A stretch of DNA of 64,000 nt from a virus, in the IMG/VR virus record IMGVR_UViG_3300047564_002353, positions 38,000 through 101,999 of that record, one strand, 5' to 3'. Of this stretch, positions 55,305 through 64,000 are shown in pieces. Under the pieces are notes generated by a model, which was given only the letters and a program-made list of their open reading frames with translations, searched no databases and was not told the origin of the DNA. Within the stretch, counting starts at the first letter, position 1; each line of letters opens with the position of its first letter. Made by a program: the position numbers and the translations under genes.

Positions 55305-55730
55305 TTACTGTTTATGCCAAGATAATCCTGGGTTATCTGCAATAGTTTGTCTAACACATTGGCTAAGGAACACAAAATTGCGACTCATAGTGCCGAACAG
55401 TTCTTGATTAATTTGTTCAGCAAAGTGATAGCTAGTTTGACCTATGTTATAGAAATATGTGTGATCAATGCCTTTTCGTAATAGCATTGTAGGGAATACG
55501 CAAGCGGCGAAGAATGCCTGATCGCCCAGTACTTTAGCAGCATGTGCCGTTTGAATTTGTAATAGGGTTTCGGCCCAACTAGGATCTGGTTGCCAGTCAG
55601 GTTTATCTACATAATTAGCCAGAACTGCGCTAATGTATTGTTCTATGTAAACAGGCATGGTCCAGCCGTATCGTTGTTTAGCTTGTTCCACGAGGTTAAA
55701 CCATGCCGAATAATACTCGGGTTCAATCAT
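55305..55730 (-). CDS. Hypothetical protein
   Basis: TATAAATA upstream; E.Y...VLA; LGD...F...FP. Confidence 0.65.
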   Translation of the reverse strand: MIEPEYYSAWFNLVEQAKQRYGWTMPVYIEQYISAVLANYVDKPDWQPDPSWAETLLQIQTAHAAKVLGDQAFFAACVFPTMLLRKGIDHTYFYNIGQTSYHFAEQINQELFGTMSRNFVFLSQCVRQTIADNPGLSWHKQ

Positions 55731-55749
55731 ACACTATTATTTATAGTGT

Positions 55750-57168
55750 TTAGGGTTCAGTAGTGAGGTTGCTCAATAATTGTCTTAGTTTACTGCCTTC
55801 CACTTGTGTTTTGCTAGAAGGTACACTAGCTCCTTCAGCAGGGTCCGAATTCACAGTACTATTTCTTTGTAAACTATTTAAAATTTGTCTACTGCGCACA
55901 CTTTGATTATCATCTTCGGTTTGACCTTCTTCGCCTGGATCTGTAATTCTCAATGTATCAATATCAAAGTCTAGATCAATTTTCATACCTACACCAGAGC
56001 TACTTCTAGTTTTCATTAGTTGAATTTGATATTTGCCATGTTCACGCATAGCACGACTAGTAAAGATACCGAACACATTATCTGCTGTTTGGATTTTACT
56101 AAGTCCTCCTGAAATATGACTATGATCATATTCTACTTCTTCTACAGCGCCTCGATTTAACTGTGCTGCTGTAACCAGTACACATTGTTTTTCCATTGCT
56201 AAGTTACGTAGTTCTTCTGAAACATATTTGTCTTTAACGAATAAGTTTTCTGCTGATATTTTTCTACTTTGTGGCATCAGTAGATCGAGATAATCTACTA
56301 ACAGGATGTCTACTTTGCGTCCTAATTTAATTTCATATTCTTTAAGATAGCTTCTAATATCGTTAGCAGTCTTACCACTAGGCATATATTTTACTTGATA
56401 AGTTCCTGATTTTTTTCCAATCACTTTAACTTTCATTTCTACTTCGTCGATTTGTTTAAAGATATCTCTACTAGGAATATCAGTAATCATACTATCGATA
56501 CGCATACTAACCAGTTCTTCGCTAAGTTCCAATGTAAGATACACTACGTTCATACCTTGCAGAGCCCAATTAACTCCTAGATTAGCAAGGAAGAGACTTT
56601 TACCAGCACCTGATCCACCTGCGAAGATATTCAGTTCTCCTCGATTCATACCTCCGAACAATCGTTTATCTACAGTTTGCCAACCTGTACTCATTTGTCC
56701 GTTTTTATCTTTAATCCTCATTAATCTAGCTCTAGGGTCAGCGAAGTAGTCAGTACCCATGTCTTTAGTCAATCCAATTTGCACTGCTTGTTTAACTAAA
56801 TCTTCTACAGGGCCATACTCGCCTTTTTCTAGTAGATCGGCACTTTTCAAGATAGCTTGTTCAAGTCCTTTGTGTCTAATAAATGTTTCAAAATCTTGCA
56901 TAAGCCAATCATAATGTTCTTCTTTTAATTCTCCAGGAAATTTTAAATCAGATTTAGTAGCTGCATTAACAATTTCATAGGTAGGTAGTATACTGTGATC
57001 GACTACATAATCGTTAATAAATTTAGCTGTATTTTGTAATTTTCTATCAAATAGTTCGTGATTGTAAATGCTTTGACATCTTACAAAAGTTTCGGCATCG
57101 CTCAACATCATTTCCAAATAAAGATGTTGTATTTCATATCCATAATCTGCGTTTTGTCTTGTAGTCAT
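55750..57168 (-). CDS. Replicative DnaB-like helicase (T4 gp41-like)
   Basis: GGSGAGKS, LELSE, VDYLDL, TAAQLNR, KTRSS. Confidence 0.9.
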   Translation of the reverse strand: MTTRQNADYGYEIQHLYLEMMLSDAETFVRCQSIYNHELFDRKLQNTAKFINDYVVDHSILPTYEIVNAATKSDLKFPGELKEEHYDWLMQDFETFIRHKGLEQAILKSADLLEKGEYGPVEDLVKQAVQIGLTKDMGTDYFADPRARLMRIKDKNGQMSTGWQTVDKRLFGGMNRGELNIFAGGSGAGKSLFLANLGVNWALQGMNVVYLTLELSEELVSMRIDSMITDIPSRDIFKQIDEVEMKVKVIGKKSGTYQVKYMPSGKTANDIRSYLKEYEIKLGRKVDILLVDYLDLLMPQSRKISAENLFVKDKYVSEELRNLAMEKQCVLVTAAQLNRGAVEEVEYDHSHISGGLSKIQTADNVFGIFTSRAMREHGKYQIQLMKTRSSSGVGMKIDLDFDIDTLRITDPGEEGQTEDDNQSVRSRQILNSLQRNSTVNSDPAEGASVPSSKTQVEGSKLRQLLSNLTTEP

Positions 57169-58142
57169 AATTTATTATATTTTATCTCTATATGTTTTGT
57201 GTCTTCGTCGGATTGATATTGCACATGATTTTTAGTATGGGCTAACACTGCTCCTATTGCACTGCTAGCATCTCCAGGCCAAGGTAAACTCCATATGCCT
57301 CGCCATTGATATCTTAGTTGTCGATTAAATTTACTATTATAAGCACATCCGCCCATATATACAAGATTTCTAAAACTGGTTAAGTTTCTTGCCTTAACCA
57401 TAATATAATCCATTTGTTCTTCAAATATTTTTTGTGTTGCAGCCGCGATATCATAAACATCTTGTTCTGAAAGATCATAATCAAAAGGCCAATTATAAAC
57501 ACCTTTATGTAGATTATATTTCAATACTGTAGGTTTTTTAAAGTAATTCAATATTTCATCGTAATACACATATGGGTTACCTTTGTCGCTTAATTGTTGG
57601 AACAGATATTCTTGTGATCCAGGTTGTAGTCCTACTAAATCTGTAAAGGCGCTGTAAAAGATTCCTAAACTGTTAGGATAGCTTTTACTCCAAAGTTTTT
57701 CTAAAGTTTTACCATGCCCTCTCCAGATGCTCATAGTTTCAAATTCCCCTATAGCATCTACCACTACGACTGCTGCTCTATTAAAACTGCTAGTATAATA
57801 TCCAGCAGCAGCATGACTATGATGATGTGCTGTATATACAATAGGGCAATCAATCTTAAACTTTTTCAAATATATACTAGGAATTTCTGAAATTTTAAAG
57901 CATTCTTTATATTGTCCAGCTCGTAGTTGTCTAAGTTTTTTCAAAAATGGTTTTTCATACCAATATACAGTTTTGGGTTCTCCATACAAAGTTTTAGCAT
58001 GATATATTATTTCTTCATTAAGATAATGATCTCCTCGAATATGAGTGAAATCACTGCTACGTCTATGCCATACAGGAACACCATCTCTGAATACACAGAT
58101 ACTGGCATCATGATTTAGTGCATTAATTCCCCAGACTATCAT
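57165..58142 (-). CDS. Carbamoyltransferase N-terminal (NodU/CmcH Kae1-like) domain protein
   Basis: GINALNHDAS, HHHSHAAAGYYTS, VDAIGEF, SLG.FYS, GGCAYN, PGDA.SAIGA. Confidence 0.85.
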   Translation of the reverse strand: MIVWGINALNHDASICVFRDGVPVWHRRSSDFTHIRGDHYLNEEIIYHAKTLYGEPKTVYWYEKPFLKKLRQLRAGQYKECFKISEIPSIYLKKFKIDCPIVYTAHHHSHAAAGYYTSSFNRAAVVVVDAIGEFETMSIWRGHGKTLEKLWSKSYPNSLGIFYSAFTDLVGLQPGSQEYLFQQLSDKGNPYVYYDEILNYFKKPTVLKYNLHKGVYNWPFDYDLSEQDVYDIAAATQKIFEEQMDYIMVKARNLTSFRNLVYMGGCAYNSKFNRQLRYQWRGIWSLPWPGDASSAIGAVLAHTKNHVQYQSDEDTKHIEIKYNKL

Positions 58143-58148
58143 AGTGTT

Positions 58149-58262
58149 TTACTTATAGATAAAAGGATCTCTTTTTTTCAATTCTTCCAAACGTTTTTTC
58201 CATCTGCGATGTTCTAAGAATCTATTGTAAGGATACATGATTATTTCTAAAAGTTTTTTCAT
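58149..58262 (-). CDS. Small DPFIY protein
   Basis: MKKLLEIIMYPYNRFLEHRRWKKRLEELKKRDPFIYK. Confidence 0.65.
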   Translation of the reverse strand: MKKLLEIIMYPYNRFLEHRRWKKRLEELKKRDPFIYK

Positions 58263-58263
58263 T

Positions 58264-59232
58264 TTATACCTCGAACCATTTCTTTGCTAACAATTTTATT
58301 TTTAATGCAGAGTGTTCTTTAGCATTGATTATACTGTATAAGGTAGCTAATCTACCATATTTTAATAGTGCTTCGTTAGCATCCTTAATGTTTCGATCCC
58401 AGTTAGGAAAACTAACACTCCATTCGTTTTCAATAGCTTGCTCAATTAATTTTTTTCCAGCTTGGTCTCTGTCCGGTAATACTATAACTTCTCTTTTAAG
58501 TTGATTAATTAAATTTTTTTGATGTGAATTTATATCACTACCTAATAAAGCTACACCATCTACGCTAATAGCATCAAGTGGGCCTTCACACACTATAACA
58601 TATTTACGATTATCTTTTTGTCTATCAAAATTAAAGACATATCCAGGTTGTTGTTCTGAGATGTATTTTGGTTTACCATCTCTTAGTAATCGAGCTGTAA
58701 ATCCAACAATTTTATTATTAAAATAAAATGGAATAATTAATCTATTAGGATATGAAGAGCTCCAATACCATTCATAATCGTCTAGGTATAATCCACGATT
58801 AGCAATATATTCCATAGCCAATAACATTTCTTCATGAGTTTCTGTACTTCCTATTCTAACACTATCGGGAGGCAAGAATTTATCTACGAATTTTGGTAAT
58901 AATTCAAATCGACTTTTGTAGTCTGAGTTCTCTTTTAAGCGTAGAGCTTCTAAACTACATTTAGAAATCAAGTCGTCGGGTATGTTTAACCAACGCATCA
59001 ATTTCCGAAATTTTGCAGTTACAATTCTACCTGATTGCCAACTAGTTTTAAATCCGCAATTAAAGCAATGATAGCTGACACTGTCATTGATCATCATACC
59101 TCCTCGTTGCCTAGTATCAGCAGATGTACCATTATGATGACAACATACTGCATTAAAACTTATCCAACCACTAGGTGTTTTTTTTCTTTTCGGAGGCAAG
59201 AATGAATTAATTGTATCTATGATTAGACTCAT
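58264..59232 (-). CDS. DNA primase (Zn finger + TOPRIM)
   Basis: CC...HCFNCG; RLIIPF; EGPLDA; PDRD; KDAN. Confidence 0.9.
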   Translation of the reverse strand: MSLIIDTINSFLPPKRKKTPSGWISFNAVCCHHNGTSADTRQRGGMMINDSVSYHCFNCGFKTSWQSGRIVTAKFRKLMRWLNIPDDLISKCSLEALRLKENSDYKSRFELLPKFVDKFLPPDSVRIGSTETHEEMLLAMEYIANRGLYLDDYEWYWSSSYPNRLIIPFYFNNKIVGFTARLLRDGKPKYISEQQPGYVFNFDRQKDNRKYVIVCEGPLDAISVDGVALLGSDINSHQKNLINQLKREVIVLPDRDQAGKKLIEQAIENEWSVSFPNWDRNIKDANEALLKYGRLATLYSIINAKEHSALKIKLLAKKWFEV

Positions 59233-59241
59233 AGATATATT

Positions 59242-60054
59242 TTACGATATTACTAATATTTTGTCAATGTTTCCGGTGTTCTCAGTGTCGGGTATATATT
59301 TGATCCTTAACCAACTTATATTATTACTATAATCGGTTATTTCGTTATATGTTTTACTGACCACATCGGTAGTGTTGTTGATATTAAATGTTTCTAAATC
59401 AGACCAATTTGTTGCTGTACTAACCACAGCATCCGTAGTTATTTGTACAGTGACCAATGCACTAAAGTTGTTTAATCTGAATTCTAATCTAATTTGATGT
59501 GAATCATTTACATCATTTCTTGGATTAACTTCTACCGAAGAACTATAATAGTTAGATACTTCTGGAGTAACTGAGTCATCGATAAGATACACAAATTTAT
59601 CTATAATTTGAGCTGGTACAGCTTCTGGTACTACGCCATTTAAAAGGTCAATAACTCCTGTGGCGCCGAACTGACTATCGCCATATAGTAAAGTTTTTGT
59701 TCCATCATCATTTAGAATATATAGACTAAATTTTAAGAATTGAGGCTTAATGTATTCTAGTTGTTCTGCATAAATGGTCATAGTAGCTAGTCCGGTGGTG
59801 TTATTCACAGGCTCTAAGTCTACAGTAAATATTTCAGTATTATAATGATCTAAAACAACACATTTTAGATTATAGTTTGTAATGGATATACGTTTTTGAT
59901 CTGCGTTTCTTACGTCGAATTCCACAACGTTTTTGACGCCTTTATATAGTTTTATTCTACGCTGGTACACAGGTCTCCACTCCACAGGATATGATGCCAA
60001 ATCGGCTACTACTGAAATTCTATTTGAATATAAATAACTTGAAATTTTTTGCAT
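59242..60054 (-). CDS. Late virion structural protein (baseplate-like, beta-rich)
   Basis: TAAATA at 60063-60068; LYKGVKN..EF.V.NADQK. Confidence 0.55.
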   Translation of the reverse strand: MQKISSYLYSNRISVVADLASYPVEWRPVYQRRIKLYKGVKNVVEFDVRNADQKRISITNYNLKCVVLDHYNTEIFTVDLEPVNNTTGLATMTIYAEQLEYIKPQFLKFSLYILNDDGTKTLLYGDSQFGATGVIDLLNGVVPEAVPAQIIDKFVYLIDDSVTPEVSNYYSSSVEVNPRNDVNDSHQIRLEFRLNNFSALVTVQITTDAVVSTATNWSDLETFNINNTTDVVSKTYNEITDYSNNISWLRIKYIPDTENTGNIDKILVIS

Positions 60055-60067
60055 CTTAACTGTATTT

Positions 60068-60445
60068 ATGGCGAAATTAAGAGAAAACATACAAGAACAA
60101 TTACCCTTTATTTCAGTGCTTCATTACGGTGAAAACGAGTATGTAGGTATCATTATCAATCAAGATCAATATGTAACTAGTTTTTTTGACCTTGCGATGT
60201 TAAGGACTCCAGAGCACAAAGCTGGATTATTAGAAATAGGCGAGATATGGTGGTGGGAATCAAACAGACAAGTTCCTATTAATATCTTTCTCAGGAAAGA
60301 AATTGAACCTTATAGATACGCCATTAAAACTTTCAATAGTAAAGATGTAAGGGTAATGTTAGGACCAGTGGTAAACTTATTAAATCTAACAATTAAACGA
60401 GTTAAACGTAAATCTGTTCAATTAGTCAGAAGTCCAAAGCGTTAA
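60068..60445 (+). CDS. Hypothetical protein
   Basis: EYVGII.N; GE.WWWESNR..PINIFL. Confidence 0.7.
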   Translation: MAKLRENIQEQLPFISVLHYGENEYVGIIINQDQYVTSFFDLAMLRTPEHKAGLLEIGEIWWWESNRQVPINIFLRKEIEPYRYAIKTFNSKDVRVMLGPVVNLLNLTIKRVKRKSVQLVRSPKR

Positions 60446-61020
60446 TAATGCTCGTATGCTACACTTTCGCAAATTAAGTTCATTTGTACTATTATCGCTT
60501 GTGCATACGCAATTGCATGTGCCTTTTTAAAATAATAGTCGTCATTCTCCGGTTTTTTCCAAACCTCCATCATTACTGTTTCCCAAGATTTGCCTATCAG
60601 ATATCGTTTCGCTGGACGAATTATTGCTAATACTGCGGCTAATTGTTCCAAGGTCTTGGGTTTCATGGTTCTTAATATATCGCCATGGCCGTTTATATGG
60701 AACAACAGATCCGTGAATTCGTCTTGCTCTAATAGATCCCATAATGGTTCGATCTCCATTAATTTGATTAAATGTTCTTCATTTTTAACATCTTTATATA
60801 TGCTTACATTTAAGAAATCAATTTTAAAATATCCTTCATCATCTGCTGTTTTATAGTCTATATTAGACAAATTTAAAATAGGATTTGAAGGAATTGATTG
60901 AACATATATACCAGTATTATGAGTAACTAGTTCGTTGTTTTGCAAGCGACTAGCCTTAACATATTGAATATGTTTTAATATTTGTTCCCTATCTGCAAAA
61001 TCGATATCGATATCAGGCAT
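60442..61020 (-). CDS. Miniature DNA polymerase III alpha (DnaE)-like protein
   Basis: PDIDIDF, HNTG, GYFKIDFL, A.IRP, FKKAHAIAYA. Confidence 0.8.
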   Translation of the reverse strand: MPDIDIDFADREQILKHIQYVKASRLQNNELVTHNTGIYVQSIPSNPILNLSNIDYKTADDEGYFKIDFLNVSIYKDVKNEEHLIKLMEIEPLWDLLEQDEFTDLLFHINGHGDILRTMKPKTLEQLAAVLAIIRPAKRYLIGKSWETVMMEVWKKPENDDYYFKKAHAIAYAQAIIVQMNLICESVAYEHY

Positions 61021-61205
61021 TATTGTATAACTTCCGTTTCAAATAATAATAAGGGTAGATTTTTTGATAGAAACTCTGCATAATCAGTAGCTTCATCAAG
61101 GTTTTCAAAACCTTCTAATTTCACATAGATCGAGTCATCTTTTTCATTTACTAGAACCTGCATGGATAGTTCTGTGTTGGTGCTTCCAGAAACAACATAA
61201 GTCAT
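61020..61205 (-). CDS. Small hypothetical protein
   Basis: Coupled ORF. Confidence 0.6.
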   Translation of the reverse strand: MTYVVSGSTNTELSMQVLVNEKDDSIYVKLEGFENLDEATDYAEFLSKNLPLLLFETEVIQ

Positions 61206-61894
61206 AGTCCAACCTCCTTAATTATTTTTTTTACTAATTCCATATCTCGCTTTGATTCTTTAAACTTTTTAGACCAAAATACAGGGTCTATAATATTACT
61301 TATGGCAGATAGCTGAGTATCGTCTAGTTGATCTAATAGTTTTTTACCTGAAACAGAGTTTAATATTATCCAGGGACTTACTTTACCATCTTTAATATCA
61401 AACATTGCTCGATTTGTACTTACATAACTGAAATAGTGATCCCATTTACTATTGTTATTTTCAGCCCATTTTTCCATATGTTTTATAGACCGCTCTAGAG
61501 CAGTTTCTACAGATTCTGTTTTTATTAGTTCTAAAACATATTTTTCATACAATGCATCTTTACACCAGTGATCGATTTTAACACCACTTTTTACAGTCCA
61601 TTCTATGTATTTTTCTGGATATAGTGGATTTATATTAGATACAAAACTGCCGAATTTAACAAATGCATTATAATATGGGCTCTTAGAAAATTCTTCGTAT
61701 GTCTTTGGTTCTGAGGATTTTTGTACTAATGAATAAAATTTGTCAAAGGTTTGAAATCCAATCATCACATGTTTTTCTTTACGTGCAAGATGTCTTCTTT
61801 TTTGTTCGCACGTATGTACTATCAAAGTTTTTTCTTTTGTAAACTTTGATTTACAATGTACACAAATAAATTCTTGCGATAGCTCAGAAATCAT
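61202..61894 (-). CDS. C2H2-like zinc-finger hypothetical protein
   Basis: CVHC...F.KE..L..H.C. Confidence 0.7.
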   Translation of the reverse strand: MISELSQEFICVHCKSKFTKEKTLIVHTCEQKRRHLARKEKHVMIGFQTFDKFYSLVQKSSEPKTYEEFSKSPYYNAFVKFGSFVSNINPLYPEKYIEWTVKSGVKIDHWCKDALYEKYVLELIKTESVETALERSIKHMEKWAENNNSKWDHYFSYVSTNRAMFDIKDGKVSPWIILNSVSGKKLLDQLDDTQLSAISNIIDPVFWSKKFKESKRDMELVKKIIKEVGL

Positions 61895-62370
61895 TTAAAA
61901 AAGTCTTTAATTTGTTTATCTGTATATCCAAACAATTTTGCTTGTTCTATACATTCTTTTTCATTAGTTAATTCAACAAGTAATTCAAGTTCATCGATTT
62001 TTTTATTCGGATATATCTCTGAAAGGAATTTAAAAATTTTATTATTATTATTTTTCTTTCTCTTAAACCCTATCCATTCGTGATAGAAGATATTTTTAGA
62101 TTCATGACTACACATACAAAGTAATTGCCAAAGTAACTTAGGATGTTTTTGTAAAATGTTCCAATGTTTATTGAAGTATTCGTTAACTGTTAAAATGTAA
62201 TGTTCTTGAATATCTCTATTGTTAGTTTTAACATTACTGATATATCTATTTAAAATATAGAATTCACTTTTTAACGCCTTTCGTTGATCGTCATTAATAT
62301 CATCCCATAATGATTTTACATTTAAATCGACTGCCGCCAATTTTTCTTTTAGTTCAATTTTTTCACTCAT
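61891..62370 (-). CDS. Putative clamp-loader small subunit (T4 gp62-like)
   Basis: Y.LNRY.S, ..VNE, HP.L.W.L, WI..K pattern; replication context. Confidence 0.55.
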   Translation of the reverse strand: MSEKIELKEKLAAVDLNVKSLWDDINDDQRKALKSEFYILNRYISNVKTNNRDIQEHYILTVNEYFNKHWNILQKHPKLLWQLLCMCSHESKNIFYHEWIGFKRKKNNNNKIFKFLSEIYPNKKIDELELLVELTNEKECIEQAKLFGYTDKQIKDFFK

Positions 62371-62884
62371 AAAACAGTCCTTGATTTAAACACCAATTAT
62401 ACATGTCTTGATATGATAACTCATCTTTTTCTTTTTCAAATTGAATACTGAACAAATATCTTGGATTTTCAAAATTAATAACAGAATGTCTGTGCTGAGT
62501 ATTAAACAAATAGAATCTTCCTATCTTGTAAGGTAATATAGTTATAGAGTCATTGAAATCGTCAAGTGTGTCACCAAATAAACAATAACTAGTCTGATCC
62601 TCCATCAGCATATTGATAGTACATCCTCTAGTAAAATCTGTATGCCAGTTATATTCAGTAAATGGATCCATTTTAATAACCATACAGAATTTAACAGGAA
62701 ATTGGTCGTTAATTGATTTAAGCAATGGTTCCTTCAACCAAAAAATCTTTTCAATATCAAGCATATCAAAACCATCAACTCTGTGCCATTGCGTGGATTG
62801 TTTAAAGGATTGCAAGAGATTAATAATCAATTTTGAATCTGCGGGAAATTCTTTAAACAAATGATTAGTATTATTTTGGATCAT
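62363..62884 (-). CDS. 2OG-Fe(II) oxygenase/cupin-like protein
   Basis: WHTD, LFNTQHRHSV.N, RYLFS. Confidence 0.6.
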   Translation of the reverse strand: MIQNNTNHLFKEFPADSKLIINLLQSFKQSTQWHRVDGFDMLDIEKIFWLKEPLLKSINDQFPVKFCMVIKMDPFTEYNWHTDFTRGCTINMLMEDQTSYCLFGDTLDDFNDSITILPYKIGRFYLFNTQHRHSVINFENPRYLFSIQFEKEKDELSYQDMYNWCLNQGLFYE

Positions 62885-63092
62885 CGATACTTAATCTATA
62901 CAATATTTTAACACGTTCACAGGCCTTATGTAAAGCTCTATTGGTTTTAGCGGCCTTTCTAATTTCAATCCAAAGTTTGTGTTCTTCTAATTCTTTCATT
63001 CCTTCGGAATAGGTAATAGTTCTTTCTAACGATCCCATTTCTCTTTCGTAAACAGTTTTACCCTTATCAGGACTTTCGTATATTTTAGTCAT
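62871..63092 (-). CDS. Small phage protein (YESPDKGKTVY.R type)
   Basis: N-terminal motif, coupled ORF. Confidence 0.7.
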   Translation of the reverse strand: MTKIYESPDKGKTVYEREMGSLERTITYSEGMKELEEHKLWIEIRKAAKTNRALHKACERVKILYRLSIDDPK

Positions 63093-63649
63093 TTATATGC
63101 CACCACTCTGCTACACATTGCAGTTTTAGGATATTTGTTAGGTTCTGCAATAATTTTACTAAATCCTGCTTCCCTTAATAGTTTGCTCAAACTATCTACA
63201 CTATATCCCCATTTATGCATCATAGCTACATCTTGATATCTTACTATGTTACCAAAAATTCCTGCTATACCTTGTTTTAAAATTTTTCGATTATCGCTGT
63301 ATAATCTACTAGGATCATCTACAATAAATTTACACATTTTTAAAATATCAGGCCATTCCGTGGCCACAAATCCACCAGGCTTTAAGATTCTATGCCATTC
63401 CTTTAACATAGGAGGAACTTTGTCCGGCATAATATGTTCTATTACATGAACACTTAGAATCTCATCTATGCTATTGTCAGATACTGGATATATATCTGTA
63501 AGATTGTGAATGGTCACGCCTGGTTGACCTGCACAATAATCTCCGTCGACATTTATCCAGTCTTCGAAAATATTTGGACCACATCCTAAATGTAATCTTA
63601 TAGATTTATTTTCTTTTTGATGTTTATCAACTTCTTCAAGTAAAGTCAT
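63089..63649 (-). CDS. Class I SAM-dependent methyltransferase
   Basis: LHLGCG...W.NVD; HVIEH; W.RILKPGG. Confidence 0.85.
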   Translation of the reverse strand: MTLLEEVDKHQKENKSIRLHLGCGPNIFEDWINVDGDYCAGQPGVTIHNLTDIYPVSDNSIDEILSVHVIEHIMPDKVPPMLKEWHRILKPGGFVATEWPDILKMCKFIVDDPSRLYSDNRKILKQGIAGIFGNIVRYQDVAMMHKWGYSVDSLSKLLREAGFSKIIAEPNKYPKTAMCSRVVAYK

Positions 63650-64000
63650 TTTTTATAGTCTTAAAAAAATTAAGCCATTTATTAGAAATTGTATCGATAG
63701 AATAAAACTTTTTAGTATATTCTTGGCCTAAGGATACCATTTTATTTACAGCATCAGGATTGGATTTTGCCCAGTTAATACCTTTAATAATATCTTTTGA
63801 CCAAACAAAATCTGCAAACTCCTTATAACTATCAAGCCTGCTAGTAAGTATGAATTTTCCAGAAGCTAAAGAATCGACTATTCTATTGGCACTTTTTGTA
63901 ATTGTTCTATAATGATTAACATCTACAGGAAGTAAAATCATATCACATTCAGCCATTAATTTTCCTTGCAGATTCCAATCCCATTCGTGAAATTTTATTT
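63636..64000 (-). CDS. Glycosyltransferase-like protein, C-terminal part (runs off the right edge)
   Basis: CDMILLP...KSANR..DSL..G..I.TS. Confidence 0.6.
   Translation of the reverse strand, partial: IKFHEWDWNLQGKLMAECDMILLPVDVNHYRTITKSANRIVDSLASGKFILTSRLDSYKEFADFVWSKDIIKGINWAKSNPDAVNKMVSLGQEYTKKFYSIDTISNKWLNFFKTIKNDFT

Noticed and set aside
1-64000. Genome-wide TAG reassignment (code 15)
   Set aside because: Long genes are intact under code 11 and several genes end in TAG followed by a new RBS; only one internal TAG was found

Overview
This window is a 64 kb segment of a large (jumbo-type) lytic tailed phage with T4-like late promoters (TAAATA/TAAGTA) and sigma70 early promoters. No integrase, transposase, rRNA or CRISPR array was seen. 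It has three blocks. (1) 1-21.9 kb, minus strand: long fibre/adhesin genes (collagen-like GYTGSQG repeats, LamG, Mtd N-terminal domain) and late accessory genes (thermonuclease, YbaN, HNH, YqgE/AlgH, an SGNH-esterase/PG-binding/lysozyme fusion, an HldD-like epimerase, a ParB-like DGQH + HNH pair). (2) 22-50 kb, plus strand: dozens of small ORFs, two expanded paralogue families, a D-Ala-D-Ala peptidase and three tRNAs (amber suppressor CUA, Leu-UAA, Arg-UCU). It includes a 38-49.9 kb early module of about 19 promoter-led cassettes that ends in an AAA+ ATPase. (3) 50-64 kb, mostly minus strand: oxygenase-like, kinase-like and radical-SAM genes, helicase, carbamoyltransferase, primase, a miniature DnaE-like protein, a clamp-loader-like subunit, a methyltransferase and a glycosyltransferase. 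The most striking observations are: a three-hairpin RNA after the AAA gene that displays twice the exact antisense (AUUCGCUCC) of the extended RBS shared by early genes (GGAGCGAA), with a candidate sponge RNA and a triple-site leader; an amber suppressor tRNA about 300 bp upstream of a gene with an in-frame TAG at codon 3; a ~950 bp stretch with no TC dinucleotide on the plus strand; and the esterase-lysozyme fusion. All product calls come from motif recognition by eye; no database search was run.
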